A stretch of DNA of 64,000 nucleotides from Pseudovirgaria hyperparasitica (Eukaryota), in assembly GCA_010093815.1 (NCBI GenBank), contig ML996581.1; one strand, given 5' to 3'. The position numbers and the translations under genes are program-made. Within the stretch, counting starts at the first letter, position 1; each line of letters begins with the position of its first letter. The notes beneath the pieces were generated by a model, which was not told the DNA's origin, ran no database searches, and saw only the letters and a list, made by a program, of their open reading frames with translations. This document shows, one piece after another, positions 62,997-64,000 of this stretch.

Positions 62997-64000
62997 ATGC
63001 ATACTCCACACCAGACCCAGGACATATCGCAGGAGTTCCTGGAGTTTCGGGGATTCAAAGGCGTTACCAAAGTTCCCCTCAGCTACGATCACGACGGCTC
63101 TAAAGACATTCCGACAGTTCCAATTGTGGACTGTGCTGGAATCTTTTCTTCTGACTCTGACGAACGGAAATCGGTGGCAACGTCAGTCAGATCTGCGCTT
63201 CGCAGATACCAGACGTTGTATGCAAGCAACCATGGCATATCGGGAGACCTCCAGGAGTTGGTGAAGAACCATGGCAATACCTTCTTCAGTCAACCCATCG
63301 AAGAGAAAATGAAATACCACCAAGCCAAATCTCCAAGCGGAAAAAGAGGCTACCAATACATATCAGAAGGCAGAGAAGACGAGCCTGGAAGACACGGTTC
63401 GTGATAGCCCTTCTTCTATTCCAAATAAAATCGAGGATTGGGAGATGGTGATTGTGGCTGACCTAGGACCAATAGATTTCCGTGAGGCATTCAAGGCCAT
63501 GTTGGCTCCCGATACGAACGACAGTCGACTACAGCCTTCGAATCCATGGCCCGCGGACGTCCCTGGATTCCGTCAAAGCCTGGAGGAGTACAGTGTTCAG
63601 GTGAGGAGGTTTGTCGAGGCCTTTCTCCGGACTGTTGCTCTCGCCATGAATGCACCAGAAGACTTCTTTGCAGACAAGCACGGGAAAGAGCAAGGCTTAT
63701 GCCTCATCCGATATCCAAAGGCTGAAGGCTCCCAGAACGATGGACGTGCTGCGCACACAGATTACTCCAGTGAGTCATTGCCCTGCATTGCATGTATAAG
63801 GCTAATATCGATAGTAATCACTATCATTGACCAGCTCTCACCGGTCCAAGCTCTTGAGGCATTCGATGTGAAAAATGGTCGCTGGTTCAAGGTCCCACCT
63901 GTCCCTGGTACGCTGGTCATCAACGTTGGCGACTTCTTGGAACGCATGAGCAACAAGTTCTTCAGCAGCACCATCCACTGTGTACGCAACAACCCTGGAT
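62997..64000 (+). CDS. 2-oxoglutarate/Fe(II) dioxygenase (IPNS/DIOX_N family), truncated by window end; introns ~63397-63475 and ~63770-63814
   Basis: VPIVDC, LYASNHGI, FFSQPIEEK, RGY, D-FREAF, NPWP, LIRYP, HTDY, VPPVPGTLVINVGDFLERMSN..FSSTIH. The HxD...H triad is present. Confidence 0.9.

Overview
Genomic DNA of a filamentous ascomycete (short GT-AG introns with CTRAC branch points; Pezizomycotina-type genes). It holds about 19 protein-coding genes: the ERV46 3' end, DAL81/TamA-type Zn2Cys6 factor, LRG1 LIM-RhoGAP, NUFIP1/Rsa1-like CCCH protein, RPC25, a PI-phospholipase C, a small cupin, Trx-Grx monothiol glutaredoxin, HapB/HAP2, mitoribosomal bL21, CSN4, TFG2, a hexose transporter, a Kic1/Nak1-like kinase, an MPD1/PrpA-type PDI, AMS1, a 2OG-Fe(II) oxygenase cut by the window end, and three hypothetical proteins. 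There is also one tRNA-Arg(CCT). The most unusual non-genic structures are: (1) a polarised, progressively decaying tandem array built from copies of the tRNA's own 3' end, Pol III terminator and trailer; (2) a ~490-bp element with ~90-bp terminal inverted repeats and a RIP-like AT-rich core upstream of the sugar transporter; (3) recurrent C/A-rich to G/T-rich strand-skew flips that cross coding sequences and coincide with microsatellite blooms; (4) a multi-intron 5' leader for HapB. All protein identities come from motif recognition by eye; no database searches were run.
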